Source of the DNA: Chiloscyllium plagiosum
Taxonomy: Eukaryota
Length of the DNA stretch: 62,857 nucleotides
Direction: 5' to 3'
NCBI RefSeq assembly: GCF_004010195.1
Contig: NC_057719.1
Coordinates: 22,585,342 to 22,648,198, forward strand
Every line of letters begins with the position of its first letter. Position 1 is the stretch's first letter. The notes below the pieces were generated by a model. It saw only the letters and a list, made by a program, of their open reading frames with translations. It was not told the DNA's origin and ran no database searches. Positions 23,430 through 36,440 of the stretch are shown here, in pieces. The translations under genes and the position numbers were made by a program.

Positions 23430-23722
23430 TTGTTACCAGTCTCAGATTGATCTCTTTCATCAGTACCTCCCTGGGTCCCAAATGCCCCGCCCCCCCCCCC
23501 ACACACACCTTACGAGTTCAAATCCTCCCCAGCAGCTCTAGCAAATCTCCTTGCCAGTATATTAGTCCCTTCCAATTCAGGTGCAATCAATCCTTCTTCT
23601 ACAGATCATTTCTCTCCCAGAAGAAATTCCACTGATTCAAAAATGTGAATCCTTCTCCCATACACCAGCTCTTCAGCCATGCATTCACCTGCTCTATCCT
23701 CCTATTCCTGCCCACACTAGCA
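23430..23722 (-). mobile_element. CR1 ORF1 (esterase-like) 3' fragment fused directly to the RT portion
   Basis: RNRRIEQVNAWLKSWCMGEGFTFL. 23435-23480 resembles 1495-1535. Confidence 0.7.
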
Positions 23723-23739
23723 TCATGACTAAATCCATG

Positions 23740-24022
23740 ACCTCTTCCATCTGGAAGGACAAGAGCAGCAGACACATGGGAACAACAACACCTGTAAGAT
23801 CCCTCCAAACCATTCATCCTCCTGACTTGGAAGTATATCATTTCTTCACTGTTGCTGGTTTAAAATTCTGGACTTCCCTCACTGAGGGCATTGTTGGTCA
23901 ATCTATAGCACATAGACTGCAGCAGTTCAAGGAGGCAGCTCAGGACCACTTTCTCAAGGGCAACTAGAGATGGATAATAAATGTTGGATCAGCCAGCAAT
24001 GCCCACATCCCTCCACTGAATA
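23740..24022 (+). mobile_element. 3' end of the second LINE family
   Basis: GCAGTTCAAGGAGGCAGCTCAGGACCACTTTCTCAAGGGCAACTAG...AATAAATG, shared with 53170-53480 (+) and 60230-60700 (-). Confidence 0.7.
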
Positions 24023-24584
24023 AAAAAAACATTAAGTTAGTAAACAAACAGGAGAAACATATTAAGAAGCAGAAGGGAGGATTTATTAGGAAAGAAAAGT
24101 TGTTTTCCCATGGAAACTGAAAACCACAGTTTTCATTTAACAGTTTTCTCATTATTATCATGAACTGCTGTTGGATCAATCCACTATTTAATTAAAAATG
24201 TTAACACTTACAGCACAAAATCTGAGGTAATTGATTGTCAGCTTCTACATGATCAAACCAAATAATGTTTAAAAGCACTGATTCATTTTAAATTCATATC
24301 AGGGACTTTAAATAAAGTAGGGAAATGCAGACACATCGGAAAGTTAGTTTTACCAACTCAGAATAATTCAGAAGCTTAGAACAGCAGCACCTTATTAGCA
24401 CTGCTTAATCCTTGTAGCTTCTGATTTTAATTTATATCGTAACAAATGCCACGCAATACCATTGCAGTCTTTGCCAATTTTCTCTTATTAATTTGAGCTA
24501 AATTCAAAGCACCAGTCCTTTCAGCAAATACAAATGCTGTTAATGTTTAAACATTGCCAAAGAAAGTTTAGTAGATATGTGTTA

Positions 24585-24910
24585 GAATCATAGAATACCA
24601 ACAGCATGGAAACAGGCCATTCGGCCCAAATAGTCCACGCCGACCCTCTGAAGAGCATCCACCCAGATCCATCCCCCTAACCTATATTTCCCATGGCTAG
24701 CCCACCTAGTCTGCACATCCCTGAATACTATGGGTAATTTAACTTGGTTAATTTACCTAACCTGCACATCTTTGGACTCTGGGAGGAAACTGGACCACCC
24801 AGCAGAAACCCACACAGACACAGAAAGAATGTTCAAACTCCACAGAGACAGTCACTCAAGAATGGAATCAAACCCTGGCGTTGTGAAGCAGCAGTGCCAC
24901 TGAGCCACTG
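24585..24910 (-). mobile_element. HE1-type V-SINE
   Basis: CCTGCACATCTTTGGACT..GGGAGGAAAC core. Confidence 0.85.
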
Positions 24911-26559
24911 CAGCATCCATTGTTGAAGGAGAGTTTTAAGCGTCAAGATGGTGACTTTGAAATCTGAATAAATGGTGTGCAATTGGTGGCTCTCTTTTGG
25001 ATGAGTCATTAAAGCAACACCCTCAAATAGCTGCAAAACAATTCCATGGCATTTTGCAAAAAAGAGCAGGTGGAGTTCTCCCTGTGTCCTGGGTAACAAT
25101 TAAACCTTTAAATTTAATAAAATTAAGAAACTGTCATTCTTTCTTTGTTGTTTGTAGGAACCAAACATTGGCCTTCATGCGTCACTACATTGCAATAATG
25201 ATTGCAAGCTCTTTCTTTACCATATCCTGAAATCCAGCCATATTTTTGAATTTTGAACACTGACAAAGCTGAACATTATCTGCCCGAACATTGATACTAC
25301 GTGGTTCGAGAGAAAAATAAAATGATGGCAAATCTTTGCAAAATACTGGTTAGGCTGCCAGCTGGAGGAATGAGTCCAGGTTGGGGACTGAGAATTTAGG
25401 AAGGCTCCCAAGGATTTTGAAAAGAGCCAGAGGAGATTTACTGAAGAGGTAACAGGGATAAGTAACAACAGTTATATGAGGACATTGGTTCTGTTGATGA
25501 AGATCATGTTGTACTCTTAGACAACTGTCTTCACTGTCCAGTATACCACCAATTCTGGTGTCACCTGCAAACTTATTAACCATGCCTCCTTTATCCTCAT
25601 CCAAATCGTTTATATGAATGACAAACAACAGCTGACCTATTGTGGTGCTGGAAACAGATTCAATACTAGCCCAGATTTTCCAATGGGAGATAGCTCTTGC
25701 AGCAACATAGGACTTGTGCCCTGGGACCACATGGATATCCTGATACAGTTAACTCCCAAGGAATTTCTCTGTAAATTAGAACTTCTATTGTACAATTACC
25801 TGTCATCTGGAATCCTCTGAATAAGTCCTAAGTCTGAGTTTGATTTGCAGTCTCTGAAGGTCCCAACTGACTTAGTTTAATAGGTACCCAGGAATAGTTA
25901 GAGCTAGTAAAACCAGTTCTAACTTCTGGGTAACTATTTAACTGACCTCCTCAAACCATACATGCACCTTTATCACCTCATCTTTCCATGGTCAGGTGTC
26001 TACCACACACCCTCCTTGCCAGACCTGACTCAACTCTGATTGCTCTTAATAGGGTCCATAATAGCTGTTCCAGCTGCTGACACCCAGCCACTTAGCACAA
26101 ATCCCTCATTGGATACACCATGATACCCAATCCCTTCTTATTAATCCCCACACCAAACTCAACCTGAACACCAATTTTCCCAACTACTTTCCTGACCTGA
26201 CATCCTCCAAGCCCCTCCCACCCACTCTGAGTCCCTGATAGTACGTGACATTCCCCCACCTGCCTCAAGCCTTGACCTTCCCTGTGGACCCAACCCTCCT
26301 GAGCCAATTCCCACCTCCTGAGCAGATCTCACTGACCAACCAATTTGATAGCCCTTCACTCCTCTCCACCAGGACTCAAACACGCCAAAGAGATATTGTC
26401 AGCATTCACCCAGTTACCTGCATCTTCTTCCCTCCCTTACCTTTCACTCTTGGCAACCTCGCCTATCTGGAACACTTCCCCCACCCCCACCTACCTTACA
26501 CACTGACCTTCCCTCAATGACTTTGAATCCTGGATGTAGCAGGAATTGTCATGAAATGT

Positions 26560-26888
26560 GATAGAATCCCTACAGTGAAGAAACAGGCCATTCAAGGCCA
26601 TAGCAACCTTCTGAAGAGCATCTCACCCATATCCACCCCCCTAACCTTATTCCTTGTAACCCTACGTTTCACATGACTAATCTACCTACCCTGCACACTG
26701 TGGACCACTGAGCAATTGCCATTCCACCTAACCTGCATATCTTGGACTGTGGGAGGAAACTAGAGCACCCAGAAGAAACTCCCACAGACATGAGGAGAAT
26801 GTGCAGAACCCACACAGTCATCCAGGGTGGAGTTGAACCCAGGTACCTGGTGAGGCAGCACTTCTAACCACTGAGACACTGTGCCACA
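26560..26888 (-). mobile_element. HE1-type V-SINE (diverged)
   Basis: Same core and head motifs as the other copies. Confidence 0.8.
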
Positions 26889-27164
26889 CCATGTTTTGGT
26901 ATCAATACACTTTGGCGCTGGTCCTGGACTCCATCCAATTGCTTCAGCTGAGAAGGCTGCACATTCACATTCACATGAAGAGTTCCTTGAAAAGGTATTT
27001 TTATATTTTTTTGTCTGATCAGGATCAGAGAGTGCATTTATGATCCTAATCAGAAGATCTGGGCTATTGTTTTTAAATTGAAATTGGATAACTCTTTGAA
27101 GGGGAAATAAGTTGTCAAACCCTAGGGAAAGGGGAAGCGAGTGAGATTAATTACTTATTTTCAT

Positions 27165-27785
27165 CTTACATCTCTCCCTCCTTCCCTCCTTTCCTTACTC
27201 TTACCCTGTTTTCTTCCTTCCTTTCCTTTAATCCACTTTGACTTTTTTCCTTCCCTTCTTCCCTGTGTTTATTCCTTCACTCCCAGCTCTCTCCTTCTTT
27301 CCTTAATCATTTCCTCTTCCATCTCTCCTTCCTTTCTTGCTCCCTCCTTTCACTCATTCTTCCCTTTCCTTCTTTCCACTCCCTCACAATCTATGTTGCA
27401 TCATATCTTCCTTTACCCATCCTTGCTTTCTTCCCTCCCTCCTTTTCTCTTTCTCTCCATCCCTTCTTCTCTCCCTCTCTATTTCTTCCCTCTCTTCTTT
27501 TCTCCGCCTCTCACTCTCTACCTCGTTTCCACCCGTATTCTCTTATTTCCTTTGTATGTTCATTCTTTCTTTCTTCATCGATCCCTTCCTTTCCTCCTTC
27601 TTCTGTTACTCCTTCAACCCCTCTTTGTTTTACTCCTCCCACCTTTTCTCTATTGCCCCATTTTACCCCCTTTCTGTTCTCTCTTTTCTTTTCCTCCCTC
27701 CTTGATTCCCTCCCTCTCTCATTACTTCTTTCTTTCCTTCCTCTTTCCCTTCAGTTCCTTACATTCCTTCCTGTTCTATCTTCAT
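27165..27785. repeat. CT-rich polypyrimidine low-complexity tract
   Basis: About 620 bp, overwhelmingly C/T on the + strand. Confidence 0.95.
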
Positions 27786-30461
27786 GAAACCTCATCCAAT
27801 TGACTGGAAGAGCACCAATCCTTTTGAAGCTATGAAGTTATATGAAGTTACTTATCAAGACCATTGTATTAGTTGATCAAATAACATCAAGCCATATTGT
27901 ACAGCTTCAATTCCTTAATGATTGGAATAGTATGAGACATGAACAAAAAGGCCAGTGATGTACAGTTGCCACACATAACAAGATTTAAAGCCACAATTCT
28001 CTGGCCTTACTTCCTTTAACCTTTGAAGAGAATCTAATAGCACTAGTTGATGGTTCAATCATCAAAGGTAAGGGGATTAATGTCTGGGGGCAACTTTTAC
28101 TAATGCTTCTGTGAAGGTCAAAAATAAGCAGAATCTAACCCATTGATATTTTGGGAATTGAAATCTACAGCAACTCATTGGAACTTTTCAGCTGAAATGT
28201 TTTGGAAATCTGAAATTAGAGACAATTCCTTTCAATGGATTCTATCAAGTATTAGTGCTGAGATTGACAAAGGCAATAGCATTTGTTGGTCTATAACCTG
28301 GTGTTGTGTGATTGCTAACTTTGTCCATTCCAATCCAACACCAGCACCTCCTCATCATAATGCATTATGTTAAGCTGTTGCTTTGTGCTAAGGTGTTTGT
28401 TCACAAGTTAGGGTTGCAGATCCAAGGGAAAGTGAGAATGAGAAAAAAAACACAAAGAGCGTAGAACCTTAATGCAGGAGGAGGCTATTTCCCCCATTGT
28501 ATTAAACATGAATATGTGCCAGTAATCCCTTGTCTGATCTGATTAATTAGCTCTAATTCTGGCACTGATGGCCAATGGCATTGTGCTCTGCAGTCACAAC
28601 TTCAAACCTGTTGAAGGTGATTTTCTCTTTTACATATTAATCAAGTTAGGAAGTGTTAGAAGGTAAATGTTGCACTTTTTGTTTCCAGTAACACTATCAA
28701 ACTTTCCCAGTTCAGACATGCAATCGGTTAAATCTCTCTTCAGAAAGACTTTGTACCATGATTCGCCATGAACCTGGAAAACTATCCTCATTTGTTTCAT
28801 TTTGAAATTTACATTTTCACTCCTACCATCTTTATAGGTTATTTGACTTCAAACTGATAAATTATGTGAATTTATGTGGTATTTTGGGTAGGTTTGCGCA
28901 GTGGATTTTCAGCTCCAGAAAATGTTCCAGCAGCTTCCCATTTTTATTGAACTACAAATAGTTTGAGCCTTGAATTGGAAGAATATAACCTCATCTGTGC
29001 AGACCAGTTTCTAACATAGATTTCAGGGGTAAGGTTACAGAAAACTGAATCATTTTCAGTCAGTCAATCTACTACTAATTCCATCAAGGTCGAAAGCTGA
29101 AGTTAAAGGAACATCTCTTAATGAGAATGTCGAAAGTAATAAACTGAAATAGACATGTTGATATCAGATCCCTCAGTCACTTTTTCCTCACCAGTTATAT
29201 TACTATTGCCGATATGAATTGTTTCACTGATTAATTGATAATGTAGCACTTGGTATTTGAAAAATTTTTATGGTTTCAGTGATCGGCCTCTTATATGTTT
29301 CCAAGCGGAGGTTTGTCATTTTGGACTGTGATTATCAACTACTGGTGGCTTCTGGTTGGTGGTGTTGTTCAAAAGTAACCAATCCTCCTTGATACTCTTT
29401 AAAATTAAACATTGAAAAGCCTCTGAATGGGCCCAAATCTAACACTGGTGGATCCATCAACCTATGTTCTAAGATCTAATAGTCAGTGATAGAGGATATG
29501 GAGTTTTGAAAAGAAGAGACAGTATCCAAATACTTGTCTTACATAACAAGATGCAGTTTATTGCATGATAGGAATAGGTGCAAGTGACGTTAACTGGTTA
29601 GACATAATTACAAATATCACAAGGTAGGTGAGTTACATCTATTTCCATTACCATCTTGTGCAAGACAAACTGTTTCTCCATCCAAAGACTGGTTGATATT
29701 GTTAGGTTGGATGGAGCTAATGTAAGTCTTAGGTTAAAAACTCCAGAGCCATTAAGTTTAATGTGCACTTGATGTTCCACAAGGCAGGAAATAGTATTTA
29801 CGCCGCTATTAATCTACACATCAACAGATTAGCAACATTTAACAAGTTCCCAGATCCCATAGAAATTGGGTCCTCTCCATAATATATCTGTCTGAAGTGA
29901 ATATAATTTTAATTCACAATCATTTCTTACAGCAGGCACTGAAAGCCTCAATGCTCCTCGCTATCACGACCGACTAATGCTCACTAAGCCCTATAACAAG
30001 GAAGAAAAAAAGATGACAAGATCTGAGTGATGAGAAGTCATTCAATGGCTACTACCATCCAATAATGACCTTTTAATTTAGGTTTAACTCATACTGCTCA
30101 TGAGTTGTCAATGTGTTAGCTTATTTGGACACTTCGCTTAGTTGATTTTCTTTGTAAAAATATCATTAAGAGAATGAGGCAGATTTTTCAGGACTACTTA
30201 AGGTTAACATATTGCCTGGACAACAAACAGAAAGAAAAATGAAACACAGTGAATAGCTTACCACTCTGTTTTTGTCCTGTCTGATCATTAAAAGGTAAAT
30301 CAGGCAAAGATGGTCCGAGTGATTTTCAAAGACTTTCCTTGTTTTTATTCCAAATTTTCCCACTGCACTTTGCCCAGGTGATATTTTTGCAACAAGATGA
30401 ATGTTGATGAATTTATCATCCAAAATGTTACAAAACTTTATTTGTAGTAGTGAACAAACAC

Positions 30462-30805
30462 CGGCACAGTGGCTCAGCGGTTAGCATGTTGCCTCATAAT
30501 GGCAGGGACCCAGGTGTGACTCCAGCCTCAGGTGATTCTCTGTGTGGAGTTTTCATGTTCTCCCACTGTCTGTGTGGGTTTCCTCCAGGTACTCCTGTTT
30601 CCTCACAGTCCAAAGGTTTGCAGATTAGGTGGATTGACCATGCTAAATTGTCGATAGTGTCCAGGGATGTGTAGGTTACATGTGTTAGTCATGGGAAATG
30701 CAGGGTTACAGGGGTAGGGGTGGGTCTGGGTGGGATGATCTTTGGAGGGTCAGTGTGGACTCAATATACCAAATGGCCTGCTTCTATTTGTAGGGATTTT
30801 ATGAT
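30462..30805 (+). mobile_element. HE1-type V-SINE
   Basis: GGCACAGTGGCTCAGCGGTTAGC head followed by TGTGTGGAGTTTTCATGTTCTCCC. Confidence 0.85.
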
Positions 30806-32466
30806 TAAAAATGCTGCTGCTTCCAGTTGTGAGGATACGTGTATAGCTATTGTGAAAGTAAGCTGGCAATTCTCAGAACATGTTGTGGCTTGTGGCGTGC
30901 CAAAGTATTTTTAAAGAATTGCTACAGTTGCATTTTCTGAAATGATCTGTAGCCAGTACTGAGGGTACAACTCTTTGCCAGACCAATATTCTGTTTCTCC
31001 ATACCAAACAATAAACATTTTTCCCTTAAGATCTTCACATATTAGAAATGCTGTACTGCATTCAGATTTCCTCTGAACAGTGAAATGACAAAGATGAAAC
31101 TGCCCTACTAGTTCAGTTAGACAATTATCATGCCCTCCATCACTAAGAACTCATCAGTAAGAATCACATTTCCAGATATATCACATTTCAATCTGCACAT
31201 TCCCTTAGCACAGCCGCAAAATATTGTTGCTCTCCAAAGACGTTTGATAGATATCATGAACTGTGCAGAACTTTTCCATTATTAGAATTAGCAAAACAGG
31301 ATATTACTATGGAATATGTTTTTTCAATGCCACTGAGGTTTGGCTGGCTTTGTAGAAAGTTTATTTCTTTGAGAGACATTGTTATCAATGCCTATTTCCA
31401 GACACCTTGCAGAGCGCTTGATGATTACACAGTGCAAGGTAGCAGTTAGCAATGAAGCAGTTTGCAAGGTTCAGTACAATGCTCATCACAGCCTGATGTT
31501 TTGCCAGATTGCATTTGCTTGATTACCTTTACAACTTCCTCCTCTGTGATAGCCAAATTGAGTGAGCTCTTATCTTTCTACAGACTTCAAGTGGAGGATG
31601 TTAGCAGAGTAGTCACCAGGCACTGAAGATTCAGAGCTGCATGAACATTGATAAAAACCTGGAGCCTTCATTGATCTGCTGAATTATCCGCACTTGCAGA
31701 ATCCTTTGAATTGCAAATCTTGGGAGATTTTGCTTACATTTTATTGCTGCAGTCAGTGAATTTGACACTGATGAAGTTGCCCCAATTTGCTATGTTTGTA
31801 GAGCATGCCTTATTAGCATGAAGATAAGCAAACATTCTGCTATCAGAAGGTATTTTTTTCTCTTAAGTTAACTAGTGGCACTAATCACATTTTGGTTTTT
31901 TTTCCCAAGTTGTCTAGAAGACTGTGAACCACTCAGGTTTCCTATTTCATGCTTGACATTCAAATCTCCTGCAGCTGCCTTGCACAGATTCATTGAAAAT
32001 AGCAGCAAACCATATCAAAAGAACAAGGGAGTAAATGAAACATGAGACAAAGAGATCACCTTATACTGAGGAAATGTAAAGACAGATGAAAACGATTGAG
32101 ATGAATTTCCAGGGCAGTTTCTTCACTTATCTGCCATACCCAAATATGAAAATTATGTTTTGTGCTTAGCTAACAAACTTAATGTAGTAAAAGACCCAAG
32201 TCAATTCACAGAAGTGCTATCAACAGAATAGGAAAGTTACATAAGGCTGCATTAAATGAGTGGTTTGATGTTTGGTCAAAGATTGTGTGCTTAAGGACTG
32301 TTTTCAGGGAGGTCAGAGAGAGAGAGAGAGAGAAGTGAGTACTGGAGATGATTTACAGAGGGATTGACAGCAGAGGATGAAACCATCAATGAAATGGTTA
32401 AAAGGAGAAAAATGCAAGTAAGCAGAATAGGTGGAGTTTAGAAGTGGAAAGGCAAAGAGTTTTTTA

Positions 32467-32781
32467 GACTAGATTAGATTACTTACAGTGTGGAAACAAG
32501 CCCTTCGGCCCAACAAGTCCACACCGACCCGCCGAAGCGCAACCCACCCATACCCCTACATTTACCCCTTACCTAACACTTCGGGGCAATTTAGCATGGC
32601 CAATTCACCTGACCTGCACATCTTTGGACTGTGGGAGGAAACCGGAGCACCCGGAAGAAACCCACGCAGACACGGGGAGAACGTGCAAACTCCACACAGA
32701 CAGTCGCCTGAGGCGGGAACTGAACCCGGGTCTCGGGCGCTGTGAGGCAGCAGTGCTAACCACTGTGCCACCGTGCCGCCC
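32467..32781 (-). mobile_element. HE1-type V-SINE, young copy
   Basis: CpG-rich, near-identical to 52512-52828, with a (TAATC)n tail. Confidence 0.92.
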
Positions 32782-33242
32782 CAATCTTGGAGGACTGTAA
32801 GGCTACAAGGGAGAAAGAGGACTGGGCCATGGAGGGATTTGGAAACAAGCATGAGAATTTTAAACCGGACACTTTCTACCAAGTGAATCTCATTGTCAAA
32901 GAACATATTTCAGAAGAGGTCCTTTGGGCTATTGCATCTGCACTCATCTACCTTCATTAATCCCACTTTCCAGCACTTGGTCCATGGCCTTGAATTTTTT
33001 TTTAATTTCAAGTACTCATTCAAGGTTTTTTTTTAAAAGATTGTGAGGTTTCCTGCCTCAATTACCATCCCAGGCAAACCATTCCAGACTTCCACCACAC
33101 AGTGAAAATCATTTCCCTCAAATCCTCTCCAAGCGTCCTGTCTTTCATGTCAAAATTACAGCCCAACATTATAGACTCATTAACTAAAAGGACCTGCTTC
33201 TTGCTATCCACCATGACTGTGCCAGTCATAATCTTATACACG

Positions 33243-34771
33243 GGGAGAAAGTGAGGTCTGCAGATGCTGGAGATCAGAGCTGAAAATGTGTTGCTGGAAC
33301 AGCGCAGCAGGTCAGGCAGCATCCAGGGAACAGGAGAATCGACGTTTCGGGCATAAGCCCTTCTTCAGGAATGAGGAAAGTGTGTCCAGCAGGCTAAGAT
33401 AAAAGGTAGGGAGGAGGGACTTGGGGGAGGGACGTTGGAAATGCGATAGGTGGAAGGAGGTCAAGGTGAGGGTGATAGGTCAGAGTGGGGTTGGGGCGGA
33501 GAGGTCAGGAAGAAGGCGGTGCTGAGTTCCTAACCACACCCCCCCAGGCAGGTTAGGCAGGCGGTGCTGAGTTCGAGGGATTTGAGAGAGACAAGGTGGG
33601 GGGAGGGGAAATGAGGAAACTGGTGAAATCAGAGTTCATCCCTTGTGGTTGGAGGGTTCCTAGGCGGAAGATGAGGTGCTGTTCCTCCAACCATCGTGTT
33701 GTTGTGGTCTGGCGATGGAGGAGTCCAAAGACCTGCAAATCCTTGGTGGGAGGGGGAGTTGAAGTGTTGAGCCACAGGGTAGTTGGGTTGGTTGGTCCGG
33801 GTGTCCCAGAGGTGTTCGCTGAAACGCTCCGCAAGTAGGCGGCCTGTCTCCCCAATAATTGACCGACTCCCACAGCTACCTGGACTACACCTCCTCCCAC
33901 CCTGCCCCCTGTAAAAACGCCATCCCATTCTCCCAATTCCTTTGTCTCTGCCGCATCTGCTCCCAGGAGGACCAGTTCCAAAAACGTACAACCCAGATGG
34001 CCTCCTTCTTCAAGGACCGCAATTTCCCCCCCGACGTGGTCGACGATGCCCTCCACCGCATCTCTTCCACTTCCCGCTCCTCCAACCGCCACCAGGACAG
34101 AACCCCACGGGTGCTCACCTACCACCCCACTAACCTCCATGTACAGCGCATCATCCGCCGCCATTTCCGCCACCTCCAAACGGACCCCACCACCAAGGAT
34201 ATATTTCCCTCCCCTCCCCTACCAGCANNNNNNNNNNNNNNNNNNNNNNNNNNNNNNNNNNNNNNNNNNNNNNNNNNNNNNNNNNNNNNNNACCAACCAA
34301 CCCAACCACCCTGTGGCTCAACACTTCAACTCCCCCTCCCACCAAGGATTTGCAGGTCTTTGGACTCCTCCATCGCCAGACCACAACAACACGATGGTTG
34401 GAGGAACAGCACCTCATCTTCCGCCTAGGAACCCTCCAACCACAAGGGATGAACTCGGATTTCACCAGTTTCCTCATTTCCTCTCCCCCCCACCTTGTCT
34501 CTCTCAAATCCCTCGAACTCAGCACCGCCTTCCTAACCTGCAATCTTCTTCCTGACCTCTCCACTCCAACCCCACTCTGACCTATCACCCTCACCTTGAC
34601 CTCTTTCCACCTATCGCATTTCCAACGCCCCTCCCCCAAGTCCCTCCTCCTTACCTTTTATCTTAGCCTGCTGGACACACTTTCCTCATTCTTGAAGAAG
34701 GACTTATACCCTAAATGTCGATTCTCCTGTTCCCTGGATGCTGCCTGACCTGCTGCGCTGTTCCAGCAACA
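33243..34771. mobile_element. Penelope-like retroelement fragment (RT C-terminus + GIY-YIG) with inverted 3' arms, spanning an N gap
   Basis: Plus strand TDSHSYLDYTSSHPAPCKNAIPFSQFL (33859-34227). Minus strand IGETGRLLAERFSEH...PVAQHFNSPSH. 33290-33790 is the inverted copy of 34293-34771. Confidence 0.9.
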
Positions 34772-35514
34772 CAATCTTATACACTTCAACAAGGTTCCCC
34801 TCAGCTCAATTTGCTCGAAAGGAAACAACCTGAGCCTGTCCAGTCTCTCTTTAGAGTTCAAATATTACACTGATGAGTCTTCTCTATACCCCTCCAATAC
34901 AGTAACATCCTTCCTGTAGTGTGGTGACCAGAATTGCATACAGTTCTCCAGCTGTGACCAAACCAAAGTTTTGTATAGCACCAACATAACCTCGCTGCTC
35001 TTATAATCAATGATACAACTGACAAAGTTAAAAATCACACAACACCAGGTTATAGTCCAACAGTTTATTTGGAAATACAAGATTTCAGAGTGCTGCTCCT
35101 TCGTCAGGTAGCTAGTTCCACATCATGACTGACAAAGGCAAGCATTCTGTATGCCTCTTAACTACCCTATTAACCTGTCCTACTGCCTTCAGGGATCCAT
35201 GCACAAGCATCCCAAGATCCCTTTGTTCTTCTGAGCTTCTTGCATCTTGTGAAAAACTTCAGAATTATGTCAAGGCTTTGAAAAGGGCTCTCTAAAACGC
35301 CACCAAGAATCATAGACTTCAAATATATTGAGAAATTAGAGAAGCTGAGATTGTGCGGTCTATAACAGAGAAAATTAAGGGGAGATTTAATACAGATGTT
35401 CAATATTTTGAAGGGTTTTAAAGAGCAAAGTTCAGTAGAGCACAGGAACAGGCCCTTCCAATACTGTGTCAACACATGATGCTTTTCTAAACTAAAAACC
35501 TCTTACCTCTACAA

Positions 35515-35785
35515 TACCCATATCAGAAAAATTTTAAAAAGAGACCTCAGGGGCAAATTTTTCATGCAGACAGTGGTGCATGTCTGGAATGAGCTGTCAG
35601 TGGTGGAGGCAGGTATAATTATAACATTTAAAAGGCATCTGGATGGGTATATGAATAGAAAGGGTTTAGAGGGAGATGGACCAAGTGCTAGCAAATGGGA
35701 TTAGATTAGGTTAGGATATCTGGTCGGCACGGACGAGTTGGATCAAAGTTGTCTGTTTCCGTGTTGTACATCACTTTGACTCTAT
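35515..35785 (+). mobile_element. CR1 3' end fragment
   Basis: GACCTCAGGGGCAAATTTTTC...TGGAATGAGCTG...TGACTCTAT. Older CR1 debris flanks it (34775-35410, 35790-36000). Confidence 0.8.
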
Positions 35786-36129
35786 ATCCCAATATTTCCT
35801 GCCTATTCACATACCTGTCAAGATGCCGCTTAAACATTGCTATTGTATCCGTCTCCACCATCTCCTTTGACTGTGCATCCAGGCATTTACCATCTTCTGT
35901 GTAAAAATGTCCCACAATAAGTGACATTTCTACCCTTGGAAACAAGGCTTTGACTATCCATTCTGTCCATGCCTGTCATAGCTTTGTAAGCTTCTGTCAG
36001 GGTTTTGTGAAAATATATAGAAAGTAACTAGCAGGAAGTTCAATAACCAGAAAACACAGAATTACAATAGTTGACATAAGGATCAGAGGGGTGATGAGAA
36101 TAAGAATTTAAACAGGAAGTTGTTATTAG

Positions 36130-36440
36130 AATTACTACAGTTTGGAAACAGCCCTTTGACCCAACAGGACAACACTGACCCTCTGAGGAGCAACTCACAC
36201 AGACCCAATCACCCACCCTGTATTTACCCCTGACAAATAACTTACAGTATAGACAACTTAGTATGGCCAATCCAGCTGACCTGCACATCTTTGGAGTGTG
36301 GGAGGAAACTCGAGCACCTGGAGAAGATCCATGCAGACACAGGGAGAATGTACAAACTCCACACAGACAGTCACCCCTTTCAAGCCTGGGTCCCTGGCAT
36401 TGTGAGGCAGCAGTACTAACCACTCAGCCACCATGCCACC
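36130..36440 (-). mobile_element. HE1-type V-SINE
   Basis: Core and head motifs as in the other copies. Confidence 0.85.

Noticed and set aside
27141..27803. 220-aa hydrophobic ORF
   Set aside because: By-product of the CT-rich tract, which rarely contains stop codons. Composition is just L/P/S/F.
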